Counted from the stretch's first letter, positions 29,927-40,226 are shown. The stretch: 42,158 nt of DNA from Desulfuromonadales bacterium (GCA_033549025.1 JAWSUS010000026.1:1-42158); one strand, 5' to 3'. The notes: a model not told the origin generated them from the sequence alone. Numbers and translations are program-made.

Positions 29927-31018
29927 TCAGCCCCAGCCGAGAGATCGGTTAAAAAGTTTTTTTTTACCTGAACGCGACTCTTCTTCATGAGACGCTGTGA
30001 GTTTCAAATATTCAGCAATGGTCTTTACCTCGCTCATCTGAGCGGAAAGTGCCTCCAGCTGGCTCGACAGCCGGGTGAACTCTTCCCGTTGTTTGGTCAT
30101 AAGGACCTTTAGAATGTTTTCGTGCATGCTGATGCGTTCAAGGAGGTTCTCTTTCTGATGAGATAATGAGTCTTCGTCGACCACCTCGACCTCTTCTAGG
30201 GCTTCGGATTCTCCCAAAATATCCAGATCTTCGACGACTTCCCTGACCATATCGAGAGTAACGTCGCGAACCTGGTCGGCAAAGGCGGCCAACAGAATGA
30301 AATCACAGAGGACATTGATCAGGCGGGGAATCCCGGTACTGAACCGGTAGATAAGATCCATGGCTCCGGTTTCGAAGGTGACGGCCTCGCGATTGCCGGC
30401 TTTTTCCATCCGATAGAGGATGTAGTCTTCGGTTTCTTCGCGCCGCAGAGGCCGTAGATGACAGCCGATATTGATGCGCTGTTTGAGCTGCCGCAGTTCG
30501 GGTTTGGCGATGAGGGTTTTCAATTCGGGCTGGCCGGCCAGGACAATCTGCAGGAGCTTGGTGTTTTCCGCCTCCAGGTTGGAGAGCAGGCGGATTTCTT
30601 CCAGGGTGTCCAGGGAAAGGTTCTGGGCTTCGTCGATGATGAGAATCGGCTTGCCGTGGTTCGCATATTCCTCAATGAGATAGCTGTTAAGCTCCCTCAG
30701 CAGGGCAACCTTGTCCTTCCCTTCGGGATTGAGGCCGAATTCTTCGTTGACCATAGCGATCAACTGCAAGGCGTCGACGCGAGTATTGAAAACCATGGCC
30801 AGCGAGGTATGGCCTGAGAACCGGCTGATGATGTCTTTAAGAATGGTCGTTTTGCCCGAGCCCACTTCGCCCGTGAGCAGAATGAAGCCGGCCCCTTCCT
30901 TAAGGCCGTACTCGAGATAGCTCAAGGCCTTGCGATGAGGGTCGCTGGGATAGAGAAATTGCGGATTGGGCACAATTTCAAAGGGTTTGAGGGTAAAGTC
31001 GAAAAACTCGTTATACAT
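29927..31018 (-). CDS. XrtA/PEP-CTERM-associated ExeA-like AAA ATPase
   Basis: GEVGSGKT, IIDEAQNL, LAGQPEL, GIPRLIN. Confidence 0.92.
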   Translation of the reverse strand: MYNEFFDFTLKPFEIVPNPQFLYPSDPHRKALSYLEYGLKEGAGFILLTGEVGSGKTTILKDIISRFSGHTSLAMVFNTRVDALQLIAMVNEEFGLNPEGKDKVALLRELNSYLIEEYANHGKPILIIDEAQNLSLDTLEEIRLLSNLEAENTKLLQIVLAGQPELKTLIAKPELRQLKQRINIGCHLRPLRREETEDYILYRMEKAGNREAVTFETGAMDLIYRFSTGIPRLINVLCDFILLAAFADQVRDVTLDMVREVVEDLDILGESEALEEVEVVDEDSLSHQKENLLERISMHENILKVLMTKQREEFTRLSSQLEALSAQMSEVKTIAEYLKLTASHEEESRSGKKKLFNRSLGWG

Positions 31019-31042
31019 TTAGAACCCCCTCGTTCAAGCGGG

Positions 31043-32281
31043 TTAGAATTCGAACGATCCTTCTACAAAAGCGATGTGATTGACATAGTCGCTGGAATCA
31101 AAATTGGAGTTTTCCTCCCGATAACGGTAACCGAGGCTGGCCGAAAAACGTCGTGCCTCATATTCCAAAGCCGGGCCGCCACCGAAGCGGTGGACACGCT
31201 CTTTTTCGGGGTCGTATTCCAGATAGTCGTAAGCTCCGGTCAAACGTAAAAGGATATTGCGAACTAGTGGCATTCCGACCGAAAGGCTACCGCCAACGAC
31301 ATCGTCTTGCCGGTCTATTTCCTTATAGCTGTCCCGGCCAGCGTGCCCTTCCAGGTCGAAAAAAACACCAGAATGTCGTGAGGCATAGATGTTGGCACGC
31401 TTACGTTCAAAGATTCCTTCGGTTACGGAATTAATGACCTCCTGCGAGTAACTCGCGCCTACTGTCCAATAAGAGGAGATTGTATAGTCAAGGCTGGCAG
31501 CCCAGAGGTTAGTCTTTTCTTCTTCCCGCTCGTCATAATCGATCCAGGATTGACCACCGTGACCTCGCAAAGTCACACGGGGTGAAAGACGATATTCCAG
31601 CCCAACCCAGGCATCCTGCCGGGAATAATCCTCGGTATTTTTGGCCTGATGATCGCGATATTCGTAATAGAGAATAAGGCTGAATCGCTGGGAGAGGTCT
31701 TTACGGACATCCGCATAGCCGGCATGGGCTTCGGAATCATCCCCTTCGGGGGCCTGGTAGGAGAGCTTTTCGAAACGATAGCCGATAATAGCCAGCAGCC
31801 CCGGCAGGGACCGATACTGATACCGGGGATTGGCCAAGAAACGATTCAGATTGGTCCGATTGACGAACAAGCTTTCTTCTACAACAGGGTCGCGTTCATC
31901 AATGGTGACCCGACTGTAATGGTCTTCAAGGGTAATGGTAAAATCGCGATCCGGCAGGATCTGCGCCGTACCCATGGCACGCTGCACATCCTTGAGACTG
32001 GATTCATTCTCTTCGGTCAGGTCGGCATAAAATATATAGTGGAGGCTGTAGTCGAGGCTGAGGTCGAGGTAATTGCTGTCCAGTTCAAGGGAGAGGCCGG
32101 GTATGGCCCGGGTGATAAAGTCCCCCTGCTCGTTGTTGGCCGACAGATAGACATTGTCGTTGTATTCTTCGCGCAAGGTGAAGCGCGGAGAGATATCGAT
32201 ACGCCCCCAAGCGACGCTAACAAACAAGAGAGTAAGCAGGCATCCCATGGTACCCGAGCGGATGAATATAGACCTCTTCAA
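31043..32281 (-). CDS. PEP-CTERM system-associated outer-membrane beta-barrel protein
   Basis: Signal peptide, EEYNDNV, alternating beta pattern, terminal Phe. Start moved to TTG 32281 (GAGGAGG RBS). Confidence 0.85.
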   Translation of the reverse strand: MKRSIFIRSGTMGCLLTLLFVSVAWGRIDISPRFTLREEYNDNVYLSANNEQGDFITRAIPGLSLELDSNYLDLSLDYSLHYIFYADLTEENESSLKDVQRAMGTAQILPDRDFTITLEDHYSRVTIDERDPVVEESLFVNRTNLNRFLANPRYQYRSLPGLLAIIGYRFEKLSYQAPEGDDSEAHAGYADVRKDLSQRFSLILYYEYRDHQAKNTEDYSRQDAWVGLEYRLSPRVTLRGHGGQSWIDYDEREEEKTNLWAASLDYTISSYWTVGASYSQEVINSVTEGIFERKRANIYASRHSGVFFDLEGHAGRDSYKEIDRQDDVVGGSLSVGMPLVRNILLRLTGAYDYLEYDPEKERVHRFGGGPALEYEARRFSASLGYRYREENSNFDSSDYVNHIAFVEGSFEF

Positions 32282-32294
32282 AGCTTTCCCCTCC

Positions 32295-33128
32295 TCAGTA
32301 GTAATATGAGTATCGTCCGGCAGACGGCATGACACTGGAATCGTTGTAGACGGCTCCCAGCAGATTGGTGCCTTTAAGACTGTCCATCGCTTCCCGGATC
32401 TGATCTGTCTTGGCAAAGCCTTCGCGGATGACGTAAATCACCCCATCGACTTCGGAACCGAGAATCTGGGCATCGGCAAAGGGCAGCGCTGGTGGCGTGT
32501 CAAAAATCACGTACCGTTCGGGGTAGCGTGATTTCAATTCACGGATCAGTTTTTTCATACGCTCTGAGGCCAGAAGTTCCAGATGGTTTTCAACGGGAGA
32601 TCCCGCAGGCAAAACAACCAGCTTGCCCAAGCCAGTCTTGATTAGGGCCTTTTCGACGGGGAGGCCTTCCTGCAGACAGTTGACCAGCCCGACTTCGGGT
32701 TGAAGCCCCAGGTAACGATGGATGGAGGGCCGCCGCAGATCCGTGTCAACCAAGAGCACCGTGTGGTCGTATTCCTGTGCCAGAGCCAGGGCCAGATTGA
32801 GAGTGGTGATGCTCTTTCCCTCACTGCCTACGGTACTGGTGACCAGCAGGGTGTTGAGAAAAGATTCCTTTTTGGTGAGCCTTCGCACCAAGGAACGGAG
32901 TTTTTTATACTCTTCAGAGACGATATCGTTATTGCGGGCCGCCATAGGCAAAAAGGGGCTTTTAATCTGGAGAGGCTTGACGTTCTGCAGAGCCTGCATG
33001 GAAGACCTGCTATCCGGATCATTGGGATAAACGGCGGTCGGCGAAACCGCCTTTGATATTTCATTGCTGTCATCAACACCCTGTCTCAGGCGGGTTGCTT
33101 TCTCGATCGCCTTTTCAATTCGGCTCAT
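32295..33128 (-). CDS. Exopolysaccharide tyrosine autokinase (Wzc C-terminal-like)
   Basis: EGKS Walker A, DTDLRRP, DTPP, C-terminal YSYYY cluster. Confidence 0.92.
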   Translation of the reverse strand: MSRIEKAIEKATRLRQGVDDSNEISKAVSPTAVYPNDPDSRSSMQALQNVKPLQIKSPFLPMAARNNDIVSEEYKKLRSLVRRLTKKESFLNTLLVTSTVGSEGKSITTLNLALALAQEYDHTVLLVDTDLRRPSIHRYLGLQPEVGLVNCLQEGLPVEKALIKTGLGKLVVLPAGSPVENHLELLASERMKKLIRELKSRYPERYVIFDTPPALPFADAQILGSEVDGVIYVIREGFAKTDQIREAMDSLKGTNLLGAVYNDSSVMPSAGRYSYYY

Positions 33129-33188
33129 ATTTACTGCCTCCCTTTGGGGGTAACGGCATTGCGTCAGACATGCCGTGGAGAGTGTCTT

Positions 33189-34691
33189 TTACCGTAGCAG
33201 GGCTTCGAAGGCGAGTAACCCGAGAACCGCTGAAAAATAGACGCCGGACACGGAATAAATAAGGGCATCACGACGCTTTACCATACGCAGTTGCTCTGTA
33301 TCAACGATGGTCGGGATGACGGCCAGCACCTCCACCCCCAACTCACGAATCTGTGCCACTTCGACAATGGTTGGGTTCAGGTGGTCCAGCAGCAGAATAA
33401 GCCCTACCCCGGTGCCCAGGCCGGCGGCAATAGCCAGAAGAATCATTCGCACCATATTGGGGGACTCAGGAGCCTTTGGCAGCTGGGCCGGATCAACGAT
33501 GCGGAAGGTTGAAGCTTTATTGCTGATTTCCATCTGCTTGGACACTTCCGACTGCCCCATGCGTGTCAGCAGCTGATCGTAGGTCTGGCGATAAGAATCC
33601 CGTTCCTGCTCCAGAGCGGCAAGAACCTTGCGGTTTTCAGGAACGTCCTGCAACTGGGCCTTGCGCCCCTCCATCCGTCGCAAAAGGCTTTCTTTCCTTG
33701 CGCTAAGGGAGCTTAGCTCCGCTTCGACAGTGAAGATATTTTGCTGTACCTCCTGGTGCACCGGGTTGATGGTGGTCATTTCTCCCGTCAGGGGCTGCCC
33801 TTCCTGGCCATTTTGCAAATGGCGCTTTAGGCCTTCGACCTCGGCTTTCAGACGAATGACTTCGGGATAATTTTCCGTGTAGGTCAGCAAAAGCTGGGCG
33901 ATCCGCTGCTCAAGCCCCACGATGCGGTCTGCTCCTTGCTGTTCGTTGAATATGGGGACAGACTGTTTTACATTCTTCAATTGCTGGGCCAGTTGTCCCT
34001 TTCTGGCCTCGAGGGTCTCCATAGTCAGGGTGATATCCTCGACTTCCCTTTGATATGCCTGGATGTCCTGCAAAATAGCCTGTTCACCCACAGCCAGGAA
34101 AACGCCCTGCTGGCGACGGAAATCGATGATGGCGTCTTCTGCTTCGTCCAGTTTCTTCTTGAAATGAACGAGCTGCTCATCGAGGAATCGGTTGGCGCCA
34201 TAGGTCTCTTCGCGCTTTTCCGATATATTTTCTTCGACATAGGTCCGCACCAGCGTGTTGACGTAATCCCTGGCGAAAACCGGATCTCCATCAACGATGG
34301 AAACGGTAAAAAGACCTTCACGATTTCTGAAATCGATCTTAGTCCTTGTCTGCAAAGCCTCCACATAATCCTGCAGCCTGGCCTCGCTGCCGAGCTCGGC
34401 ATCCATGTCCATCTCGTTAAGCACCTTGCTGATCAGGTCGCGGCTGAGCATGGCATAGCGCAGTACACGGATACGGTCATCCATGCTCGGCGTGATGGCG
34501 ATGCCCTCAACCAGGCTGTTGATGACATTGCTTTCAATGAAAACCGTACTGTCCGCCTTATATTGCTTCGGCAGATAATAACTGTAGGCAATCACCAGGG
34601 ACATAACCACCAGTGCCGTAGCAATACCCAGGTAGCGTTTCTTATAGAGTACACGCAGGTTGCGCATAATTTCAGATGACGATCTTTTCAT
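33189..34691 (-). CDS. Polysaccharide chain-length determinant (Wzz/GumC-like)
   Basis: N- and C-terminal TMs, coiled coil, YTENYPEV, IVDPAQLP..P. Confidence 0.9.
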   Translation of the reverse strand: MKRSSSEIMRNLRVLYKKRYLGIATALVVMSLVIAYSYYLPKQYKADSTVFIESNVINSLVEGIAITPSMDDRIRVLRYAMLSRDLISKVLNEMDMDAELGSEARLQDYVEALQTRTKIDFRNREGLFTVSIVDGDPVFARDYVNTLVRTYVEENISEKREETYGANRFLDEQLVHFKKKLDEAEDAIIDFRRQQGVFLAVGEQAILQDIQAYQREVEDITLTMETLEARKGQLAQQLKNVKQSVPIFNEQQGADRIVGLEQRIAQLLLTYTENYPEVIRLKAEVEGLKRHLQNGQEGQPLTGEMTTINPVHQEVQQNIFTVEAELSSLSARKESLLRRMEGRKAQLQDVPENRKVLAALEQERDSYRQTYDQLLTRMGQSEVSKQMEISNKASTFRIVDPAQLPKAPESPNMVRMILLAIAAGLGTGVGLILLLDHLNPTIVEVAQIRELGVEVLAVIPTIVDTEQLRMVKRRDALIYSVSGVYFSAVLGLLAFEALLR

Positions 34692-34758
34692 AGGGGTTCC
34701 CTCTCAAAGCAGGCCAGTTTTCCGCCAGTCATCCACCTGAGTTGGATGGTTAAACGGA

Positions 34759-35562
34759 TCAGAAAAGCCCTTCGTCGACGATGACGTAATCTCCTGGCCT
34801 GAGAAAGACGTTCTGGCTCAGGTCCTTCCCTTTAAGGAGATCCTTGACGCTGACCCGTATTTTTTCGCCCGTGTTGCGTAGCACAGTGATGTTGCTGCGA
34901 TTGGCGTATTCGTTGAAACCCCCGGATTCCAGAATGGCATCAAGAACCTTCATTTCGGATCGGTAAACGATGAACATCGGCTGCGCTACCGCCCCGACCA
35001 CATAGACTTTGTTCAGCTCATTGTTGGGGATGAAGAGGATATCTTCGGCCTGCAACTGGATATCCTGTGAAAAGTCTCCCTCCCAGAAGAGTTTGTAGAA
35101 ATCGGCCTTCACCTTCTGTCCCTGGCGCAGCAGGTAGGCATGGCGGAGATCGGCGTTTTCCAGGGTGCCGAAACGGCAGAGGAACTTAAACAGACTGGTG
35201 CGGCCCGCCAGGTTGACCACCTCGGCGGGGACACCTCCTCCCGAAACGTAGATCCGGTTATTGGTAATCTGGGAAACCGTCAGCGTCACGATCGGTTCTT
35301 TCACCAGACGCCGGATGGACTTGCGCAGGTTTTCAGCCAGAGCGGCCGGCGTCAGGCCGGATGCTTCAATATCGCCGGCGGCCGGAATGGTGATCTTGCC
35401 ATCAGGCCTGACCGTCACCTGCACGCTGAGGTCGGGTACGCCCCAAACGGACACCTGTAGCACATCGCCATCCCCGATAACGTAATCCCCCGCCCTGACC
35501 ATGGAGGGCAGCATCATGGTCAGAGTCACAAACAGCAGGCCAATACAGATTGAAAATTTCAT
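34759..35562 (-). CDS. Polysaccharide export protein (Wza/Poly_export + SLBB)
   Basis: YVIGDGD.L, VRPDGKI, SLBB repeats. Start moved to ATG 35562. Confidence 0.9.
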   Translation of the reverse strand: MKFSICIGLLFVTLTMMLPSMVRAGDYVIGDGDVLQVSVWGVPDLSVQVTVRPDGKITIPAAGDIEASGLTPAALAENLRKSIRRLVKEPIVTLTVSQITNNRIYVSGGGVPAEVVNLAGRTSLFKFLCRFGTLENADLRHAYLLRQGQKVKADFYKLFWEGDFSQDIQLQAEDILFIPNNELNKVYVVGAVAQPMFIVYRSEMKVLDAILESGGFNEYANRSNITVLRNTGEKIRVSVKDLLKGKDLSQNVFLRPGDYVIVDEGLF

Positions 35563-35566
35563 CCCC

Positions 35567-36928
35567 CTACCTTCCTCCGCGGCCGAATAGCACGACTTTG
35601 ACGGTTTCAAGAATGATCACCAGATCAAGCAGCAGTGAATAATTTTTGATGTAAAACAGGTCGTAGCGCAGCTTTTCCAGCGCATCCTCCTCAGAGGCGC
35701 CGTATGGATATTTTACTTGGGCCCAGCCGGTGACTCCCGGCTTGACGGTATGACGCGTGGCATAATAGGGGACACGTTCATTGAGCTTGTTCACGAACTC
35801 GGGACGTTCGGGACGAGGACCAACAAAGCTCATGTCGCCGCGCAGCACGTTGAACAGCTGGGGAACCTCATCCAGACGGCTCTTGCGCAAGAAGCGCCCC
35901 ACACGGGTGATACGGGGATCGTCTTCAGTCGCCCAGACCGCACCTGTGGTTTTTTCGGCGTCCTGCCCCATGGTGCGAAATTTATACAGATGAAAGGTCT
36001 TTTCCCCGACTCCGACCCTCAATTGCTTGAAAAGGATAGGTCCGGGTGAATCGAACTTGATCATCAAAGCGATAATCGGCGCAAAGGGCAGAAACAGAAT
36101 GATTCCCGTCAGGGAGAGGATCACATCGAGCCCCCGTTTCATGCCCCGCATAAACTGGGTCAGCTTGAAACCGCCGGAAAAAATAAACCCGCTTGGATTG
36201 ATGTTCTCGACCATGAGCTTGCCGGTGACATCTTCGTAAAAGGTTACGGCATCGACGATCTCAATCCCTTTAAGCTTGCAGCGCAGAATTTCACGCACCG
36301 GAAACACTCCTCGACGTTCGGACAGAGAAATGACGATTTTATTGACCTTGCGATTTTCGGCGGCGGCCAGCAGGGTATCGACAGAAGCGATGAGCGGATC
36401 TCGGGAGTCCGGATCGTATTCCCGGCCGGGTGACACAAATCCTTCAAAGACATAACCGGTATTGGACATGGAGATGAGCATCTCCATCTGCTGAGCCAGG
36501 GGACCGACGCCGAAGACGAGCACCTTTTTGGATATCCCCGGCACCCTGAGCAATAAAGGATAGCGGTTGTGCCAGAGGAATTGAATGACACCAAAAAGGA
36601 TCAACGAAAGAACCAGGATGTCCGTGCGGATGGCAATAGAGGGTTGAAAATAATACGTTACCGACAGAACGGCAAAGGCCAGCACCAACGAGGCTAGGAC
36701 ACGTCCCATAGTTTCGCTCAGGCCGAAGCGTTTTTCCCGACTGTACATTTCTGAAAAGTACGTCGTGAAAAGCAGAACAAAAGCAAACACCAGAACCTTT
36801 AGAATGTCTCCCAGGAAGTTGCCATCCAAAAGAGACAGGGTACCGGAGCGCACCATGAGACCAAAATGATGCGCTATAAGCGCGATCAGCAGGTCGCCGC
36901 CTACCAGGATCATCAGTGTCTTTCCCAT
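35567..36928 (-). CDS. Priming undecaprenyl-phosphate sugar-phosphotransferase, XrtA system
   Basis: KR..D, YKFRTM, DPRITRVG, LDEVPQL, GPRPER, PGVTGWAQ. Confidence 0.93.
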   Translation of the reverse strand: MGKTLMILVGGDLLIALIAHHFGLMVRSGTLSLLDGNFLGDILKVLVFAFVLLFTTYFSEMYSREKRFGLSETMGRVLASLVLAFAVLSVTYYFQPSIAIRTDILVLSLILFGVIQFLWHNRYPLLLRVPGISKKVLVFGVGPLAQQMEMLISMSNTGYVFEGFVSPGREYDPDSRDPLIASVDTLLAAAENRKVNKIVISLSERRGVFPVREILRCKLKGIEIVDAVTFYEDVTGKLMVENINPSGFIFSGGFKLTQFMRGMKRGLDVILSLTGIILFLPFAPIIALMIKFDSPGPILFKQLRVGVGEKTFHLYKFRTMGQDAEKTTGAVWATEDDPRITRVGRFLRKSRLDEVPQLFNVLRGDMSFVGPRPERPEFVNKLNERVPYYATRHTVKPGVTGWAQVKYPYGASEEDALEKLRYDLFYIKNYSLLLDLVIILETVKVVLFGRGGR

Positions 36929-36941
36929 CTTCCTTACTCCA

Positions 36942-39590
36942 TCAGCCAGATAGTCGCTTCAGCAGCTCATCGGTCTTGCTCGCTTCGGGGAAAGCCCCAT
37001 ATTCTTTGGCTTTCTTAAGTATGGCCAACGCTTTATCGGTTCTGCCTGCTGCACTGTAAGCAAGTCCCAGGTGATAGCAGACGGTCGGATTGTCCGGCAA
37101 CAGGACGGCAGCTTTTTCAAGGGATTGGATTGCTTCCTCGAAACGGCTGTTTTTGATGAGGACGTAGCCGAGCGTATCTAGAATACCCGGATCTTCCGGG
37201 GCGTTACGGAAAGCCTTGAGGGCCAGTTCGAGAGCTTCCGCCTTGTCGGCGTAGTTGTCGGCATAAAGATAAGCGAGATTATTCAAGGCAGGCGTGTAGT
37301 TGGGCTCTTCCCGCAGAACCTGGCGATAATGATCAAGGGCCGCTGCCTTGTTTCCCTGCCGATCTGCCAGAGCGCCGAGAGCAAAACGGGCCGGGAAGAA
37401 GTGAGGCGTTTTTTGGAGAATACCCTGGTAGGTCTTCATGGCCTGGTCATAGTCTTGCTTCTTTTCAAAGATCTGAGCGATCCGGATTTGCACTTGGGGA
37501 GAAGCGCTGGCCTCAGCTGGCATTCGCTGCAGTGTCTGCAGAGCCCTTTCATAGAGACGGTCGTGTTCATAGACGGCAGCCAAAAGCAGATGCCCGTATG
37601 GGGATTGGGTCTGGGTATAAATCACTTTTTCGGCCAGCCGGGTGGCCTCCTCTTTTTTCCCATAATGCATCAAAACCTGTACCAGAACAGGATATCCTCG
37701 GCCCGGGTTTAGTTCCTCGATCCGCGACAACAGCTCCAGGGCTTCATCCACACGGCCGGACTTGAGCAGCAGACGGCTTTTGAGTTCAAGAAGTCCCGAA
37801 TGATCTGCATACTCTTTCTGAGCCTGTTCAAGGACGGCCAATGCCTCCGGCTGAGCTCCTCTTTTAGCGTGATAATTTGCCAGTCCGACAGCACCCTCGA
37901 CTGTTCCCGTGTCTCTACCCCGTCGGTAAGACTCGAGGGCGGCCACCTCATCCCCTTGCAGCTCCATAATCATGCCGCTGGCCAAATGAGCGTTTACCTG
38001 CGTTGGTTCCAGCGAGAGCACAGCGTTCAGTTCAGCCAAAGCCAGGTCGTATTTTTCCTGTGAGAGATAGAGATTCGCCAGATTGAAATACGGGGTGAAA
38101 TAAAGAGGAGAAGCCTTTTTGGCAGCCTTCAGCCTGTCGATAGCCTCGGGAATCTTTTTCTGGGCCAGCAGCACCCCGGCCTGATAATTGTAGATCAGGG
38201 CGTCCTGCGCAGATCCCTTCACGCCCTCTTCCAGAACTTCCATGGCCTGCTGATAGTTCTGCTGCCGGATATAATGGTTGGCGAGAACCAAACGGGTATC
38301 GAGAACGTCGGGGGCGATACGGACGGCCTTGACCATGTCTTCTTCGGCCTGTGCCACATCGCCTTGGGAAAGATGAAACAGTCCTTTTTTCAGATGCACG
38401 TCAGCCAGTTTCGGGTCCAGGGTGATGGCCCGGTTGAATTCCGCCATGGCCTTGTCGTATTGCCCCATGGCCATATGGGCACTACCGAGAATATTCCAGG
38501 CCAGGCCGCTTTCCGGGTTTTTGGTCAGAATGATATCCACCTGGCTGATGGCATCCTCGAGACGCTTCTGTTTCAGAAGGGTCATCGCCACCATACAGCG
38601 GGCCTGCACCGAGTCAGGGTTGAAATCGAGAACCTTGTGAAACTGGTTTAAAGCCAGTTCGTACTGTTCCATCTGGAGGTAGGAAAGACCGAGGAAATAA
38701 TAGGCGAGAGGGTTACTGCCCTTTTTTAGAGACAGCTGGAGCTCGCGGGTAGCCTGCTCGCTCTGGCCCTGCAGATAACTGGCCATTCCTTTGAGCAGCA
38801 TCCCCTGGTCATTGGCTGGAAAGCGTTCAACCAGGATGGCAGCTACCTCTTCGCCCTCAGAAAAACGCCCGGCATCCAAATCGTACAGTCCCATTTTAAA
38901 GAGAGCGTCGGCATCTTCCGGGTCGAGGGCACTCCAGGCGTGATAAATTTCACGGCTTCGCTTTAAATTCCCCTCGGCGGCTTCCAGGTCGGCCAACATA
39001 AAATAGGCGGCCCGGGCACGGATTTTCCGGTCGACGATCACGGCGAGAAGATCACGGGCCTGCGAATTTTTTTGCTGTTTGATGAAGATCTGGGCCAGAA
39101 GAAGCTTCGCACTGAGGTTCTTATCGTTCGCAGCGACCGCTTCGCGCAAAGCTTTTTCGGCCTCATTCCATTCTTCCTTCTGGTAGAAGGCCTGCCCTAT
39201 GATTTCATAAACTTCCGAATCTGCCGGCGCGCTTTCCTGATAAGACGCCATCAGACGAAGTGCTTCGTCGGGATTTTTAGTACGAAGGTTCCATTGGGCC
39301 AGTTTGAGTTGAAGACCAGGGAAGGCAGGATTTTGAAGACGTACTTTTTCGAATTCGTTAAATGCCCGGTCGTATTTGCCGGTTTCAAGATAGGCGTTGC
39401 CCAATTGGAACCTGGCTTCAAAAAAATTAGGATCCTTCTCCAAGGCATTTTTAAATAGCACGACAGCGCCGCGGTAATTACCCTGGGCGCTCAGAGTGAG
39501 GCCTTCCTGATACAGACCTTCTTTGGTCTGTCGGTTACAACCCCCTATAATGCAGGACAAAACAATCAGGCCTACCAAAACTTTCTTCAA
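36942..39590 (-). CDS. prsT: TPR-repeat lipoprotein PrsT
   Basis: Lipoprotein-like signal ending IIGGC, many TPRs, ALNNLAY and DTLG motifs, context in an XrtA locus. Confidence 0.88.
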   Translation of the reverse strand: MKKVLVGLIVLSCIIGGCNRQTKEGLYQEGLTLSAQGNYRGAVVLFKNALEKDPNFFEARFQLGNAYLETGKYDRAFNEFEKVRLQNPAFPGLQLKLAQWNLRTKNPDEALRLMASYQESAPADSEVYEIIGQAFYQKEEWNEAEKALREAVAANDKNLSAKLLLAQIFIKQQKNSQARDLLAVIVDRKIRARAAYFMLADLEAAEGNLKRSREIYHAWSALDPEDADALFKMGLYDLDAGRFSEGEEVAAILVERFPANDQGMLLKGMASYLQGQSEQATRELQLSLKKGSNPLAYYFLGLSYLQMEQYELALNQFHKVLDFNPDSVQARCMVAMTLLKQKRLEDAISQVDIILTKNPESGLAWNILGSAHMAMGQYDKAMAEFNRAITLDPKLADVHLKKGLFHLSQGDVAQAEEDMVKAVRIAPDVLDTRLVLANHYIRQQNYQQAMEVLEEGVKGSAQDALIYNYQAGVLLAQKKIPEAIDRLKAAKKASPLYFTPYFNLANLYLSQEKYDLALAELNAVLSLEPTQVNAHLASGMIMELQGDEVAALESYRRGRDTGTVEGAVGLANYHAKRGAQPEALAVLEQAQKEYADHSGLLELKSRLLLKSGRVDEALELLSRIEELNPGRGYPVLVQVLMHYGKKEEATRLAEKVIYTQTQSPYGHLLLAAVYEHDRLYERALQTLQRMPAEASASPQVQIRIAQIFEKKQDYDQAMKTYQGILQKTPHFFPARFALGALADRQGNKAAALDHYRQVLREEPNYTPALNNLAYLYADNYADKAEALELALKAFRNAPEDPGILDTLGYVLIKNSRFEEAIQSLEKAAVLLPDNPTVCYHLGLAYSAAGRTDKALAILKKAKEYGAFPEASKTDELLKRLSG

Positions 39591-39599
39591 AACGTCCTC

Positions 39600-39998
39600 C
39601 TAATTGCCAGGCCCCTGGCAGGGCATCATGCGAGAGACTGTATCCCTGAAATTACCGAAATCGAGGGGTTTGGTCAGGCAAACCACCTGACTGAGCCCCT
39701 TGATACGTGCCAGCAGGTCGGAACTGATATAGTCAGAGAGGATGATGGTCTTGACCCGGCGGTATTTCGGCAGTTCAGACAGAATTTCGGAACCGTACGG
39801 ATAACTCAGGATGACCAGACCGTGTTGGTCCGGGTTGCAGCGCTCCTTGAACTCATGGCATTGCTGGAGATAATCCGGTGTGTAGCCGTACATTTCGAGT
39901 AAGGCGCAGCAAACCCGTCCGAACCCCGCTTCATCGACAATCATGATTTTTTTAACATCCACAAAAGCCCCCATCCGCAAGGTTTCAACCATGACCAC
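39600..39998 (-). CDS. Degenerate single-domain receiver protein (start uncertain)
   Basis: IMIVDE and LTKP receiver features. The phosphoacceptor position appears to be Ser (VILSYP). Confidence 0.65.
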   Translation of the reverse strand: MVMVETLRMGAFVDVKKIMIVDEAGFGRVCCALLEMYGYTPDYLQQCHEFKERCNPDQHGLVILSYPYGSEILSELPKYRRVKTIILSDYISSDLLARIKGLSQVVCLTKPLDFGNFRDTVSRMMPCQGPGN

Positions 39999-40049
39999 GG
40001 TGCAGTTTTCGCCATAAAATGAAAGGGAGTCCCCTCATTCCTTATCTAT

Positions 40050-40066
40050 CGCAAGCATTGTGCCGA
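40050..40066 (-). promoter_or_regulatory. Sigma-54 promoter of the main EPS export operon
   Basis: Minus strand TCGGCACAATGCTTGCG (GG-N10-GC). Imperfect IHF-like CAACCACATG at 40071-40080. Confidence 0.82.
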
Positions 40067-40125
40067 AGCACAACCACATGTTTTTACATGCTTTTTAAGG
40101 CCGCAATAAAAAACCAAGGGCAGAA

Positions 40126-40226
40126 TGCCCCCTAAGGAAACACTGTCGGCCCACCCTGTGTATCCAACAGAAACAACTGGCCCAACTACCTGGTTTTATT
40201 GGTCTTGAGTGTTTCGATTGGATACA
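40126..40226. promoter_or_regulatory. Three predicted enhancer-binding-protein boxes
   Basis: TGCCCCCTAAGGAAACA (40126-40142, degenerate), TGTATCCAACAGAAACA (40159-40175), TGTTTCGATTGGATACA (40210-40226). Confidence 0.8.

Noticed and set aside
34692..34758. Small hairpin (CATCCA-N7-TGGATG) and weak TGGC-N9-GC between the export and chain-length genes
   Set aside because: No U-tract, no TTGC at -12, and no enhancer boxes. Insufficient evidence for a terminator or promoter.
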